Of a DNA stretch of 64,000 bases, positions 47,096 through 64,000 are shown piece by piece (positions within the stretch are counted from its first letter, which is position 1; every line of letters starts with the position of its first letter). A program made the position numbers and the translations under genes. Under the pieces are notes generated by a model. It did not search any database. It was not told where the DNA came from and saw nothing but the letters and a program-made list of their open reading frames with translations. Source of the DNA: the human T2T-CHM13v2.0 reference genome, Homo sapiens; the NCBI RefSeq assembly GCF_009914755.1, contig NC_060936.1; one strand, 5' to 3'.

Positions 47096-48765
47096 TATTT
47101 TATTTTTATTTTTTTATTTGTTATTTCCATAGGTTTTGGGGGGAATGAGTGGTATTTGGTTATATGAATAAATTCTTCAGTGGTGATTTGTGAGATTTTG
47201 GTGCACCCATCACTCGAGCAGTATACCGTGAACCCAATTTGTAGTCTTTTGTCTCTCACCCCCTTCCCCCCTTCCCCTAACCAGTCCCCAAAGTCCATTG
47301 TATCATTCTTATGCCTTTGCATCATCATATATTGGCTCCCACATGTGAAGTGAGAACATACGATGTTTGTTTTTCCATTTCTGAGTTGCTTCACTTAGAA
47401 TAATAGTCTCCATTCCCATCCAGGTTACTGCAAATGCCATTGATTCATTCCCTTTTATGGCTGAGTAGTATTCCATTATATATATATATATGGTGTGTAT
47501 GCATATATACATATATATATGGTGTGTATATATCTATACCATAGTTTAGTTATTCACTCATTGATTGATGGGCATTTGCACTGGTTCCATATTTTTGCAG
47601 TTGTGAACTGTGCTGCTATAAACATGTGTGTGCAAGTATCTTTTTCGTATAATGACTTCTTTTCCTCTGGGTAGAATACCCAATAATGGGATTACTGGAT
47701 CAAATGGTAATTCTGTTTTTAGTTCTTTAAGGAATCTCCACACTCTTTCCCATAGTTGTTGTACTAGTTTACATTTCCACCAGCAGTGTAGAAATGTTCC
47801 CTTTTCACCACATCCATTCCAACATCTATTATTTTTTGATTTTTTGATTATTGCTATTCTTGTGGGATTAAGGTGGTATCACTTTGTGATTTTGATTTGC
47901 ATTTCCTTAATCATTAGTGATGTGGAGCATTTTTTCATATGTTTGTTGGCCATTTGTATATCTTCTTTTGAGAATTGTTTATTCGCGTCTTAGCCCACTT
48001 TTTGATGGGATTTTGTTTTTTTCTTACTGATTTGTTTGACTTCCTTGTAGATTCTGGATATTAGTCTTTTGTCAGATGTATAGATTGTGAAGATTTCCTC
48101 CCGCTCTGTGAGTTGTCTGTTTACTCTGCTGACTGTTCCTTTTGCTGTGCAAAAGCTCTTTAGTTTAATTAAGTCCCACCTATTTATCTTTGCTTTTGTT
48201 TTGTTTTGTTCTGTTTTGTTTGCATTTGTTTTTTTGGTCATGAAATCTTTGCCTAAGCCAATGTCTAGAAGGGTTTTTCCAATGTTATCTTCAATAATTT
48301 TTATAGTCTCAGGTCTTAGATTTAAGTCCTTGATCCATCTTGAGTTGATTTTTGTTTAAGGTGAGAGATGAGGATCCAGTTTTATTCTCCTACGTGTGGC
48401 TTGCCAATTATCCCAGCATCATGTGTTGAATAGGGTGTCCTTTCCCCACTTTACATTTTTGTTTGCTTTGTCAAGGATCAGTTGGCTGTAAGTATTTGGC
48501 TTTATTTCTGGGTTCTCTATTCTGTTCCATTGGTCTAGGTGCTTATTTTTATACCAGTACCATACTGTTTTGGTGACTGTGGTCTTATAGTATAGTTTGA
48601 AATCTGGTAATGTGATGCCTCCAGATTTCCTCTTTTTGCTTAATCTTGCTTTGGCTATGTGGGCTGTTTTTTGGTTTCATATGGATTTTAGAATTGTTTT
48701 TTCTAGTTCTGTGAAGAATGATGGTTGTATTTTGATGGGAATTGCATTGAATTTGTAGATTGTTT
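47096..48765 (-). mobile_element. L1PB (PB1-like), 3' ~1.7 kb, nested in L1MA
   Basis: 3' end atttccataggttttggggg...gtgatttgtgagattttggtgcacccatcac; ORF2 C-terminal remnants. Confidence 0.88.
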
Positions 48766-51750
48766 TTTTATTTTTGTGCATCTCTTGTATGTTTTTATAT
48801 TTGAGATTACCATGAGGCTTACAAATAATATATATAACCCATTATTTTAAACCGATGAAAACTTAACATTGATTGCATAAACAAAGAAACTAACAAGCAA
48901 GCAAAAGGAAAACTAATAAAAACTCTCTCCTTCAACTTTGTCTTACCACCTTTTAACTCTTTGTCTTTTCTATTTATATCTTACTGTACTAGGTCTTAAA
49001 AAGTTATAGTTATTATTGTGATCAGTTCTTCTTTTTGTCTTTCTACTTAAGATATGAGTAGTTTATATACTACAATTACAGTGTTTTAGTAGTCTGTGTT
49101 TTTCTCTATACTTACTATTACCAGTGAGTTTTGTATCTTCAGATGATTTCTTACTGGTCATTAATGTCCTTTTCTTTCAGATTGAAGTACTTGCTTTAGC
49201 ATTTCTTGTAGGACAGGTCTGGTGTTGATAAAATCTCTCAGCTTTTGTTTGGGAAAGGCTTTATTTCTCTTTCTTGTTTGAAGGATGTTTTTGCTGGCTA
49301 TTCTTTTGTAGGATAAAAGTTTTTTCCTCCTTCAGTACTTTCAATATGTCCTGCCACTCTCTCCTGGCCTGTAAGTGTTCTACTGAAAAGTCTGCTGCCA
49401 GATGTATTGGAGCTCCATTGCATGCTATATATTTCCTTTCTGTTGATGCTTTTAGGATCCTTTCTTTGTCCGTGACTTTTGGGAGTTGAATTATTAAATG
49501 CGTTGACGTAGTTTTCCTTGGGTTAAAGATCCTTGGTGTTCTATAACCTTCTTGTACTCGGATATTGATATCTTTCTCTAGGCTTGGGAATACCTCTGTT
49601 CTTTTCCCTTTGAATAAATTTTCTGCCTTTATCTATCAACCTCCTCAGTAAGGCCAATAACTATTAGATTTGCCCTTTTGAGGCTAGTTTCTAGATCTTG
49701 TAAATGTGCTTTATTCTTTTTTCTTTTTTCTCTTCTGACTTTGTATTTTCAAATAGGCTGTCTTCAAGCTAACTAATTCTTTCTTCTGCTTGATCAATCC
49801 TGCAATTAAGAGACTCTGGTGTATTCTTGAGTATGTCAGTTGCATTTTTCAACTCCAGAGTTTCTTCTTGATTTTAAAAACTTATTCTATTTCTTTATTA
49901 AATTTATTTGATAAGATTATGAATTCCTTCTCTGCATTATCTTGAATTTCTTTGAGTGTCCTCAAAGTAGCTACTATGAATTCTCTGTCTGAAAGGTCAT
50001 GTATATCTGTCTCTCTGGTATTGCCCCTGGGTGCCTTATTTAGTTTGCTTGGTGAGGTCATGTTTTTCGGGATGGTCTTGGTGCTTATGGATGTTTGTCA
50101 GTGTCTGGGCATTGAAGAGTTGTGTATTTATTGTAGTCTTTTCATTCTGGACTTGTCTGTACCCGTCCTTCTTGGGAAGGCTTTCCAGATATTTGAAGCG
50201 AATTGGGCACTGTGATCTAAGTTTTTGGTCACTGCAGCCATATCTGCATTAGGGGGCACTCCAAGCCCAGTAATGCTATAATTCTTGTAGCCTAGTAGAG
50301 GTACTGCGTAGTGGTCTTGGATAAGATCTGCAATGATTATCTGGATTACCAGGCAGAGACTCTTGTTCTCTTCCCTTGCTTTCTCCCAGAGTCTCCCTCT
50401 GTCTATGCTGAGCTGCCTGGAACTAGGAGTGGTTGTAGTAACACAAGCACCCCTGTGGCCTCTACTACTGGGACTGTGCTGAGTCAGAACTGAAGCCAGC
50501 ACAGTGCTGGATCTTGCCCAAGGCCCACTGTAATCACAACCTGACTACCACCTATATTTGCTCAAGGCCCCAAGGCTCTACAATCAGTAGGTGGTGAAGC
50601 CAACAAGTCTTATGTCCTTCTCTGCAGTGCAGCAAGTTCCCCCTGGGCCCTGGGTGGGTCCAGAGATGTTGTCCAGGAGCCAGAACCTACAGTCAAAAAC
50701 CTTAGAAATCTACCTGATGCTCTATTCTACTGTGGCTAAGCTGGCACTGAAACTACAAGACAAGGTCCCTTCCACTCTTTTCTCCCCTTTCCCCAAGCAG
50801 AGGAGTCTCTCCCTGTGTCCACCAGCACCACCACAAGCCCAAGGGAGTACTGCCATGGTGCCACCAATGTTTACTTAAGGCCCATGTGGTCTTTAGTCCG
50901 CTCTTATAATAAATGCTGCCAGGCCTGTGACTCACCCTTCAGGGCAGTAGTCTCCCCTCTGGCACAGTGTAGGTCCAAAAATGTGATTCAAGAGCCAACA
51001 CCTGAAACTGGGGACCCCAGCACCCCAGTTGGTGCTTTTCTCCACTCTGGCCTATCTGGTACCTAAGATGCAAGACAAAGTCCCCTTTATCGTTTCTCTG
51101 CTTTTCTCAAACATAAAGTATCTCTTCTTGTAGCCACAACAGCTGTGAGTGTGCTGTATCACACCTGAAGCCAGTACATCTCAGAGTCTCACCCATGGGC
51201 CACAGTGAGTACTACCTGGTTACCACTGCTGATTATTCAGAGGCCAATGGCTCACAGTCAGCAGGTGATGAATTCTTCCAGACTCAGTCTTTCCCTTCAA
51301 GGCAGCAGGCTCTCTTCCGGCCCAGTGTGTGTCTAGAAATGACATCCAGGAGCTAGGGCTGTAATGGGGCCTCACAACTCTGCCTGGTGCCCTACCCTAC
51401 TATGGCTGAGTTGGCATCCAAGTTGCAAACATGAAACACAGGCCTTTTCTTTAACTTTACCAACCATCACCAGCATAAAGCAATTAAAATGACCTAAAAA
51501 GAAACAAGCAGTAGGTTTCTTGCAGAACAACAAACAACATAAAATTCAGCATTAACCAGAATATCTCTGACAGAATACATTAAAAACTGCCAATAGCAGT
51601 TGCCTCTGGAGAACGGAACTAGAGGTTGGGGGATTATGAGTAAAAGGTGGGCTTTTAATTTATACATGAGCTTATATTGCTTTTCTCAAGGAAACAAAAT
51701 ACAATTTTAAAAATTGTTTTAAAAGTATTACTGAAGTTTGTTCTTCTTAA

Positions 51751-52284
<534 letters not shown>

Positions 52285-52399
52285 TAAAAAAGGAAGCTTT
52301 ATCTTTCATGTCCAAAGAGGTCATCCATCTTCTCCATGAATTATGCCATCAAATTTAGGAAGGTTCAGTTAGTTCTTATTTTAAATCATACCTCCTAGG

Positions 52400-53092
52400 A
52401 TGTCCATAATTAAAAAAAAAGACAAGTGCTGGCAAGGAGGTGGAAAAATTGGAATCCTTGTGCCTTGCTGGTAGTAATGCAAAATGATGCAGCGGCTATG
52501 GAAAATAGTTCAGCAGTTTCTCAAAAGGGTAAACACAGAATTACTATATGACCCGGCAATTCCACTCCTAGGTGTATATCCCAAAAATTGATAGCAGGGA
52601 CTCAAACGGATATTTGTATACCAATGTTCATAACAGCATTGTTTATAATAAAGTGGAAACAGTTCAGTGTCCATCAACAGACGAATGGACAAATTATAAC
52701 TTATACATACAACGGAATATTATTCAACCATATAAAGGAATGGAATTTTGAAACATGTTACCACATGGATGGACCTGGAAAACACTGCTTAGTGAAATAA
52801 GTCGGACACAGAAGGACAAATATTACATGATCCCATTTATAAAAGGTACCTAGAAGAGACAAATTTATAGAGACAGAAAGCAGAATAGAGGTTATCAGGG
52901 CTGAGGGGAAGGGGGTAAGAGGAGTTACTCTTTAATGAGTACAGAGTTTTTGTTGAGGATGATGAAAAACTTTTGAATATGGATAGTGGTGATAGTTACA
53001 TGACGTTATGAATGTATTTAATGCCACTGAACTATATTTTTAGGAATGATTAGAAAATGATAAATATTATGTGAGATATATTTTACCACAAT
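52400..53092 (+). mobile_element. L1MB 3' fragment
   Basis: gcagggactcaaacggatatttgtatacc...tttaatgccactgaact...ttttaccacaat. Confidence 0.82.
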
Positions 53093-53160
53093 ACTCCCTT
53101 CCCCCAAAATACCATGTTTTTTCTAATTGCTATGTATTATTTCCCCTATGCAGAGTTTTA

Positions 53161-53376
53161 TTTTCTTATTTTTTATGCATTTTTTTCTAAATATTGTATG
53201 TCATAAATTAAATGGATAATTACATTTAAAATCTTAAAATAGGCCGGGTATGGTGGCTTACACCTGTAATCCCAGCACTCTGAGAGGCCAAGGCGGAAGG
53301 GTCACTCCAATCATGATTTCGAGACCAGACTGACCGACATGGCAAAACCCCTCTCTACTAAAAATACAAAAAAAAA
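53161..53376 (-). other. Putative L1 3'-transduced segment (AT-rich flank plus Alu left monomer at 53242-53376, Alu on + strand)
   Basis: Lies between the L1 3' end and the left copy of the 20-bp TSD. Confidence 0.75.
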
Positions 53377-56445
<3,069 letters not shown>

Positions 56446-56539
56446 TCAAGGCCGCACATCTAGGAATGCATTGCAATTTAAATCCAGGTGTGGATTCAAG
56501 CCTACTCTCTGAATCCTATACTACACTAAATCATTATTC

Positions 56540-57440
56540 CATCATTTACTGTACTGCTTTATGATAGCACTTCTAAATTTAAGTTATAGTTAACTATTTT
56601 TCCCCTACCTTGATTGTGAACTTCTTAAAGGACAAAAAAAGCCTTCTCTATTTTTGGGTGCTTAATGTTTATCTCAGGGTCTGACACGTACAGCCATCTG
56701 AAAGTATTGCTAAGGGTTGGGGTAAGACTCAGCTGAAGGCTTGGTCTGAAATGGGGCTGTAATGGTTTCCATCTAGTAACTCAGCAAACATTCATGTGGC
56801 CGCTATTCCTGGCACTGTTAGGTGCTGGGGTACAGGAAAAAAGAGCACACAGTCTCTGACCTAGCTTCAGTCTAGTGGGTTAGGTGGACAGGGATAGTCT
56901 CCCACTAGCTTTAGTCTAGTGGGTCGGGTGGACAGGAAGACAAAGTCAAACATGTGCTTGGCTAGAGCACAGGAAACCCTGGGAGCCCACGAGGAAAAAC
57001 ACAGGCAGGATGTTAGGGGAGGCTTTTTGCAGGAGGTGGTGCTTGATTTGTGTGTTGATTAAAAATGGGTATTACCCAGCAGAAGAGCAGGAAACAGCAT
57101 TCCAGGCAGAAGACAAAGCATGTACAAAGGCATATACAAAGGCATGGAGGTGTAAGAGGATGGTGTGTCCAGAGATCTGCAAACAATTCTTTGTGATTGG
57201 GACATGAAGTAAGAGGTGATAAAATGCTATGATGCAGAGCTGGGGAGGAGGGAAGAGTCCTGGTCATGAGTGCTGTGAAGATTTGAAAGTTTATACTGAG
57301 AGATACAGGAAGCCACTTTAAGATTTTAATAGAACTGACATGATCACATGTGTTCCATGGAAAAAATCAGCCTGACTGCCATAAGGGAAATGAATTGGAA
57401 GGGGGCAAGGCTGGAAGTCAAGAGTAGATTGTAGAAATGC
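56540..57440. mobile_element. L2 fragments
   Basis: tgattgtgaacttcttaaaggaca...; cagcaaacatt...ggcactgttaggtgctgggg...cagcattccaggcagaag. Confidence 0.65.
56851..56937. repeat. ~45-bp tandem duplication in L2
   Basis: ctagcttcagtctagtgggttaggtggacagg at 56861 and ctagctttagtctagtgggtcgggtggacagg at 56905. Confidence 0.9.
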
Positions 57441-57729
57441 CAGTGGCCTGAAACTAACTGAACAGGGTTGCAAGCCAAGGGCTACAGGAAGGGTCCTGTC
57501 TACAGATGCCAGAAATGGAAACAGCCTCAGAGGTCAAAGACAAGGTCTAGGAGTAAGGCTGACTAGGAAGGCAGAAGTGGATGCCAGTATGGAGTATGGA
57601 TTTCAAGATTAGGTCCTTGGAGGGGCTGCAGAGCCTTTAGCATCTTAGAGGAAACCTCAAAGCAGTAAGGCATATCTCCTCGTCACAATGGACAGGACTA
57701 GAAGGAGCCAGCTATTTGGGTCTGTGATC

Positions 57730-58038
57730 TTTTCTTTCTTTCTTTCTTTCTTTTTTTGAGGTGGAATCTTGCTCTGTCGCCCAGGCTGGAGTGCAGTGGT
57801 ACGATCTCGGCTCACTGCAACCTCCGCCTCTCCAGGTTTAAGCAATTCTCTGCCTCAGCCTCTGGAGTAGCTGGGATTATGGGCACGTGCCACCATGCCT
57901 GGCTAATGTTTTGTATTTTTAGTAGAGACGGGTTTTCACCATCTTGGCCAGGCTGGTCTTGAACTCCTGACCTTGTGATCCACCTGCCTCGGCCTCCCAA
58001 AGTGCTGGGATTACAGGCGTGAGCCACCATGCCCGGCC
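57730..58038 (-). mobile_element. AluS
   Basis: Full dimer; TSD gggtctgtgatctttt. Confidence 0.95.
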
Positions 58039-58378
58039 GGGTCTGTGATCTTTTCTAATATATTTCTCTGTCCCTAGACTTCTGAACCTATTCTTTATCT
58101 ATTGTAATCTTTTTCTTCTCTCATTGAACTACTTTGAGATTTTGAGTGATCATTGATTCAATAATTATTCAGCATGCTAGATGAACCTGTCACTTTGATA
58201 AAACCTTTGGGACTCAGGCCAATAATTAGTATTGGGATTGGAAATCACCTATCTGACTCATAGCCCACATTGGGGAAGCTGATGGGTTCAGGGCACTGTG
58301 GAATTATGTAGGCACCTCATTATATCAAGCAAGCTAGAGAAAGGGTCAATAGAGGAAACCAAAATTTATTAATACATA

Positions 58379-58458
58379 TCAGGTCAAACCATATAAAATT
58401 TCATTTGATAGGTCAAAAAATGACAGAAAATTGGAAATTTCTTATGATTCAGGCTGAA
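58379..58458. mobile_element. MADE2-like mariner MITE (~80 bp)
   Basis: aggtcaaaccatataaaatt...taggtcaaaaaatg...aatttcttatgattca, with inverted termini. Confidence 0.7.
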
Positions 58459-58629
58459 TAAAAGTCACTTTTTTGTGGACTTCAAAAATACATAATTGGA
58501 GTAATCAGTCTGCTTCACAGCACTCTCATGATTGGTCCACATGGGTCCTCTTTTGTGTGTCTATTTTTCTCCATCTTTCCCCTAGGAACACCAACAAACT
58601 ACAACATTGACAGTAACTTGCATCTGCCT

Positions 58630-58920
58630 ACGTGCTCTCCCACCATACCCTTTCTCTCCCTCTCCAAACTAACCACTATCTTGAATGCTGTGTACATCAT
58701 TCCTTTGCTTTTTTCTGTAATTGTTGTATCAAATATATAAGTATACTAATAAAGATATCATTTCATTTTAGTTGTTTTGAAATTTACAAAAGGATATAAT
58801 ACTAGACGTTTGTGTTATTGTGGGACTTGATTTTTTTAAAAATTTTGTTTATTACAAAAATGAACTGTAGTTCACTCATTTTCAGTGCTGTATAATATTC
58901 CATTGTGTGGTATACACAGT
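58630..58920 (-). mobile_element. Old L1ME-type 3' fragment
   Basis: taaccactatcttgaat...gtagttcactcattttcagtgctgtataatattccattgtgtg. Confidence 0.6.
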
Positions 58921-58994
58921 TAAAGCTACTTTTTGGGTTACTTCATTTAACATCCAAAATAACCCTGAAAATGGCTGTTTAATATTCATACTTA

Positions 58995-59360
58995 CTTTTA
59001 TTTTTTTGATAATTTCTTATTTTTATTTTTTTAATCTGTAGTCTTTTATTCCTCACTCCCCTCCCACCCTTTCCCCCAAGTGCCCAAAGACCATTGTATC
59101 ATTCTTATGCCTTTGCATCCTCATAGCTTAGCTCCCACTTATAAGTGAGAACATATGATGTTTGGCTTTCCATTCCTGAGTTACTTCACTTAGAATAATA
59201 GTCTCCAATTCCATCCAGGTTGTTGTGAAAGCCGTTATTTTTTTCCTTATTATGACTAATTAGTATTCCATGGTGTGTGTGTGTGTGTGTGTGTATATAT
59301 CTCCACTCATTGATTGATGGGCATTTGAGCTGGTTCCATATTTTTGCAATTGCAAATTGT
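58995..59360 (-). mobile_element. Short L1PB fragment lacking the normal 3' terminus
   Basis: Colinear with 47236-47605 but joined directly to a T-rich tail. Confidence 0.8.
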
Positions 59361-59364
59361 AAAG

Positions 59365-59700
59365 TAAGTGGATTAAGAGCATGAGATAAGGACTAGGGCT
59401 TTAGTTTCAGCTGTACTGCTTTCTAGGCAAGTTACTTAACCTGTTAAGGTTGAGTCTCTAACCTAAAAGCTTTAGTTTCTTCTTCAGTAAAATGCAGATT
59501 AAAAAAGTACCTGCCTTAGGGGATTAAGGTGATTACCTTCTGTGCAGTACCTGAAGCACTAAATCATGTGAGTTACATTAAATTTTATTACAAAGTGAAG
59601 CAACTGAAGCATGAGTAGGTTAAGGAGCTTGCTGGAGATCACACAACTGATAATGGCAAACCAGAGCTTGAATCCATCTCTGCACAACTACAAGATCATT
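59365..59700. mobile_element. MIR fragments
   Basis: ggcaagttacttaacc...cagtaaaatg; gaagcaactgaagcatg...gatcacacaactgataatggc. Confidence 0.65.
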
Positions 59701-60363
59701 CTCTTTCCCCACGAAGGGGAGAGCTTTCCAGAAATAGTGTGGCATTGTGAAAACTAGTGTGGAGCAATTACTGGCATTGTAGATAATTAACTCCTTTGCC
59801 ATAAATATTACAGTAAAATCTGTGATAGTTTATTGGGAATTATAGGCTTCCAAGTGTATCATTGTTTACATTTTTTTTTTTTAAAAAAAAGAAAGAATGC
59901 TTGTTTAAAATATAATTCACTGTCTCTCCCCCACAAGAATGAAGCAATGCTCTCTTGCTCCATTGCCTTCAATATAGGCCGTAAGTACTAAACATTTCTT
60001 TTTGGAGCAGTTTATGAGAGAAGAATGTTTCCAAATTTATGAGGCTCTCATGCATTTTGAGAAGAGATTTTCATATTCCACATATTTCCTTCTTTGGATC
60101 TTTCTATTTAGGGATCAGTTTAAAAATACAATTCCTCTATCTGAAGCAGAAGGGTTGTGAACCATGAGTTCCACATCTCTTGAGACTTTCAGTCACTTTA
60201 AAGGGAAATACGGAGAAAATGAAAGGAAATAAAAAGAAATACAGTTTATTTTTGGTTTAGAACATACCATGATTCCATGATAAGATATAAACTGGTGACA
60301 CTGGAAGAAAATTTATCATTTACCAAAACTTAAGGGGCATATTTCCCATTTAGAAAAATAAAT

Positions 60364-60676
<313 letters not shown>

Positions 60677-62109
60677 AGTTGCTTGTTGGAATTGTATCCT
60701 TAAAATGGGCATCCTTGATATATTATTTGGCTTCTTTCATTGCCTTATTGACCAGATATCTCTCTTTAAAAAATGACTGGTGTGCAATTTTGCTACATTT
60801 TCAGGAAGAATATATGATAACTTTGAAAGTTCAAGTTGCACATTTAGGACCCAGGAATAATTCCCCACATCCCTGAGAAACAAATGATTCAGTATTGGTT
60901 TATGATTACTTGTCATAAACCATTAAAGATCTTCAGAAATGAATCTAACTGAAGGTCAACACATTCTTCTTTAAGATGTCTTCCCTTTCCTATTTAAAAA
61001 GACCATCACTGTTGACTAGGGAACAGGAGGTAGATTACATGACATCTGTGTCTATTTTCCACTTTGACTTCTTCACTTGCCCTGCTTTGGAGATACCTGG
61101 AAAAACTTGAGTATCTACTCAGCAACACATCTGCAGTCCAGGACACCTGGCCTCTATGTGAACCTCACGTCAATCTTGAGGTTAATGCGTTATACCGAGC
61201 TAAAGATAATCGTGTTGTATAGGGAGGCTAAGGCCACCATCCTGTCAGTAAGGAGAGAAAGAGGCTGTTCTCAGAAAATGGGGACTCAGAAGCTAAACGT
61301 CAGGCTGGTAGGAATCTTATCATCATGAGGTCTTGTTCTCTTGAAATAATTTAGAGCCATGTTTTTCAAATCACATTCCATAGAGGCCCAGGTTAAGGCA
61401 GCACCTCATGGACCATTATGGGTAAATGGAGGGATGAAGCAGGTGAAAAGCAGTTGGGAGGCTGAGTTCTCAGTCTCTAGATTTCACTCATAACCCTGTT
61501 TCAACAAGCAGAGCTCTCTCTTCACCTACTTTTTAGATTAGGATCTACTGTAGATATTTTTAAGGTAATCTGATGAAAAAGTTGAATTTATTTACCAGAG
61601 CTCCTTTTAGAAAAAGTACTGTAAGTTGCTAGATAAACAATACTTAGAAAAGTCATTTAGGAAGGGTTGGAGTAGAAGTGAGGTCTTCAAGAGCAGAATG
61701 GAAACAAAAATGTATGGCCAGTAAACTCTCATCTCAGGAAGGTAAATTCTGATAACTTCAAAGCTTTTGTTTTTCTGAGAAGAATAGGCAGATTTGAAGG
61801 CAGAGTCGAACTACCCAGAAGAAGAGGGGACAGGCCATAGATGGTGTGGGAGGAAGGGCAGACAGAGACAATCTCTAATTCACACCACCAGAGGGACTTG
61901 GAAGATCTGTCAAATGGGATTTTATAAAGTTGCATGCAGTAAGGTGTGCAATGTAAAACCCTCCTTTGCTATCTAATCCTCCTGACCCCCAGTATTATTT
62001 AATAAAACTTGCACGGTAATGCTTGGAGCTTTTACTGAGGATAGATTCTTTTTGGAGAAGCCAAGAGGCACTGAGGTTTCTAAACTGATGGTGTAGAGAA
62101 AAAACAGAA

Positions 62110-62691
62110 ACTACACACATTTCATTTGCTGATTCGCCAGGACTCCCACGGCTCAGTAGCAGGTAATACTCACTGCTAAGATTTATCACAGGAAAGGATA
62201 CAGAGTAACAGGAAAAATATATGCAACTGTGGAGTCTAGAGAGGTCCAGCACAGGCTTTAATACCTTTCTTATCCAAGATCATACAGGTGTGTTCTTTTT
62301 CTAGCAGTGAACTATGAGGAAATGTGTGGATTTTCTCTGCTCAGCGAAGCCCAAATAAGTCTCAGGGATCCATGTTTTTGGAAGGGTAAGGAGGTGGGGT
62401 GCTAGTTAACATAGGCATATCCAGCTGTGCAACCATCCTTGGCCACCCAAAATCAGGACCCCAACAATGAAACCAGGTGTACATGATTAACCTTGGTGTT
62501 TGTGCAAAGCAAACTGACAAACCAGTTCAGCATGGTCCATTGCTCCAGGTGAATATAATAAAATCATCAGTCATTAACATAAAGAACCTTCTGAGGGCCA
62601 CATTCCCAGGAGTTAGTCAAGGGTCACTCATGGTTCCCTTGAAGACATAGGAGGGAGCCACCGGACTTGCTGTGTTAACTCTTTCCTCACA
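62110..62691 (-). mobile_element. MER68/MER77-like ERVL LTR
   Basis: Minus strand starts TGTGAGGAAAGAGTTAACACAGCA and has the family end motif tgtatcctttcctgtgataaatcttagcagtgagtat...ggcgaatca. Confidence 0.65.
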
Positions 62692-62994
62692 ATATGTAGA
62701 GCAGAACCAAATCTGGCTAGAATTTGAAAAAGGGATTTCACTGCCACAAAATCACTTATGTGGTAGAGGTTAAAGATGGCTTTGCCATCTGGAGGCCGAT
62801 CACAGGTGAACTAAGAAAGCCTTCCTGTTGTGGGCCTCTGGTTGAAGGTAAGTGAGCGATATTATATCTTTTAAGTCAAAGTGTCTAATTTCATGTCACA
62901 TGCAGTATTTATCTTGCAAGCGTTTAGTAAATTCTTGCTTAAAAGTTTGAGCCTCACCTCCACTATACTATAAGAAACTATAAGAAATCAAGGG

Positions 62995-63560
<566 letters not shown>

Positions 63561-63612
63561 ATCAATATCTCTGGACTGTTTCATTAAACATTTTGGGGGT
63601 TGCCTTCTTAGC

Positions 63613-63700
63613 TAGGGTTACCAACCATTCCCAGTTTGCCTGGGACTGTGGTTTCCAGGATGCAGGACTTTCAGTGTTAAAACAGGACAGTTGGTCCCAG
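63613..63700. mobile_element. MER94-like hAT MITE, internally deleted
   Basis: agggttaccaaccattcccagtttgcctgggactg ... ggacagttggtc, inverted ends. Confidence 0.65.
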
Positions 63701-64000
63701 TTTTCTAGCCTATTTCTAGTGCATGACCATTGTACCTCTCCTCTGAAAACTATTCTGCCCACCATATGGGTAGGTCCTGGCAGCTATTTGTACTGTGTTA
63801 CCCTGCCCACCAAACTACATTTGAGATTAGGGTGGAATCTTGACCCATTACTGGCCGATTTGTATTGAGAAATTGAACTGAAAACAAGAAGCTCAGAATC
63901 TAGTTGCATAGTTCTATAGTGAAATTTCACACATTTCTGTCATTGAGGTCTCTAAAACAAAGACAGTTTTTGATTTTTGGAAGCTGTTTATCTTTTAATT

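Noticed and set aside
50500-51428. Recurring caagacaa(a/g)gtccc blocks
   Set aside because: These look like the internal repeats native to L1MA/L1PB 5' UTRs, not a new repeat.
62699-62853. Strong donor AAG/GTAAGT near 62847 with a possible upstream acceptor
   Set aside because: All three frames contain stops. A non-coding exon cannot be supported without transcript data.

Overview
Repeat-dominated primate genomic DNA, catarrhine/human-like (Alu J/S/Y including an AluYd-type copy, L1PA, THE1/MST, HERV-H). I find no host protein-coding exon, RNA gene or CRISPR array. Every long ORF in the track comes from a decayed L1 ORF1/ORF2, HERV-H pol/env or Alu. Main blocks: THE1 element (1-1588); an apparently end-to-end old L1MB-type LINE (11586-25287) carrying nested MSTA, a near full-length antisense L1PA, Alus and Tigger4; a 5'-deleted HERV-H retaining pol and env (28855-33903); an MLT1-like element with a multi-layer nest (36430-41338); an L1MA (42162-51428); and a 5'-truncated L1PA with a probable 3' transduction (53141-56419). 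I see no new biological system. The most informative signals are mechanistic: the L1 3' transduction, a probable ectopic gene-conversion tract between the two L1PAs, an env-retaining HERV-H, an L1 lacking its YY1 site, and several templated micro-rearrangements. Subfamily names come from remembered consensus sequences, not from a RepeatMasker/Dfam run. Boundaries of old repeats are approximate.
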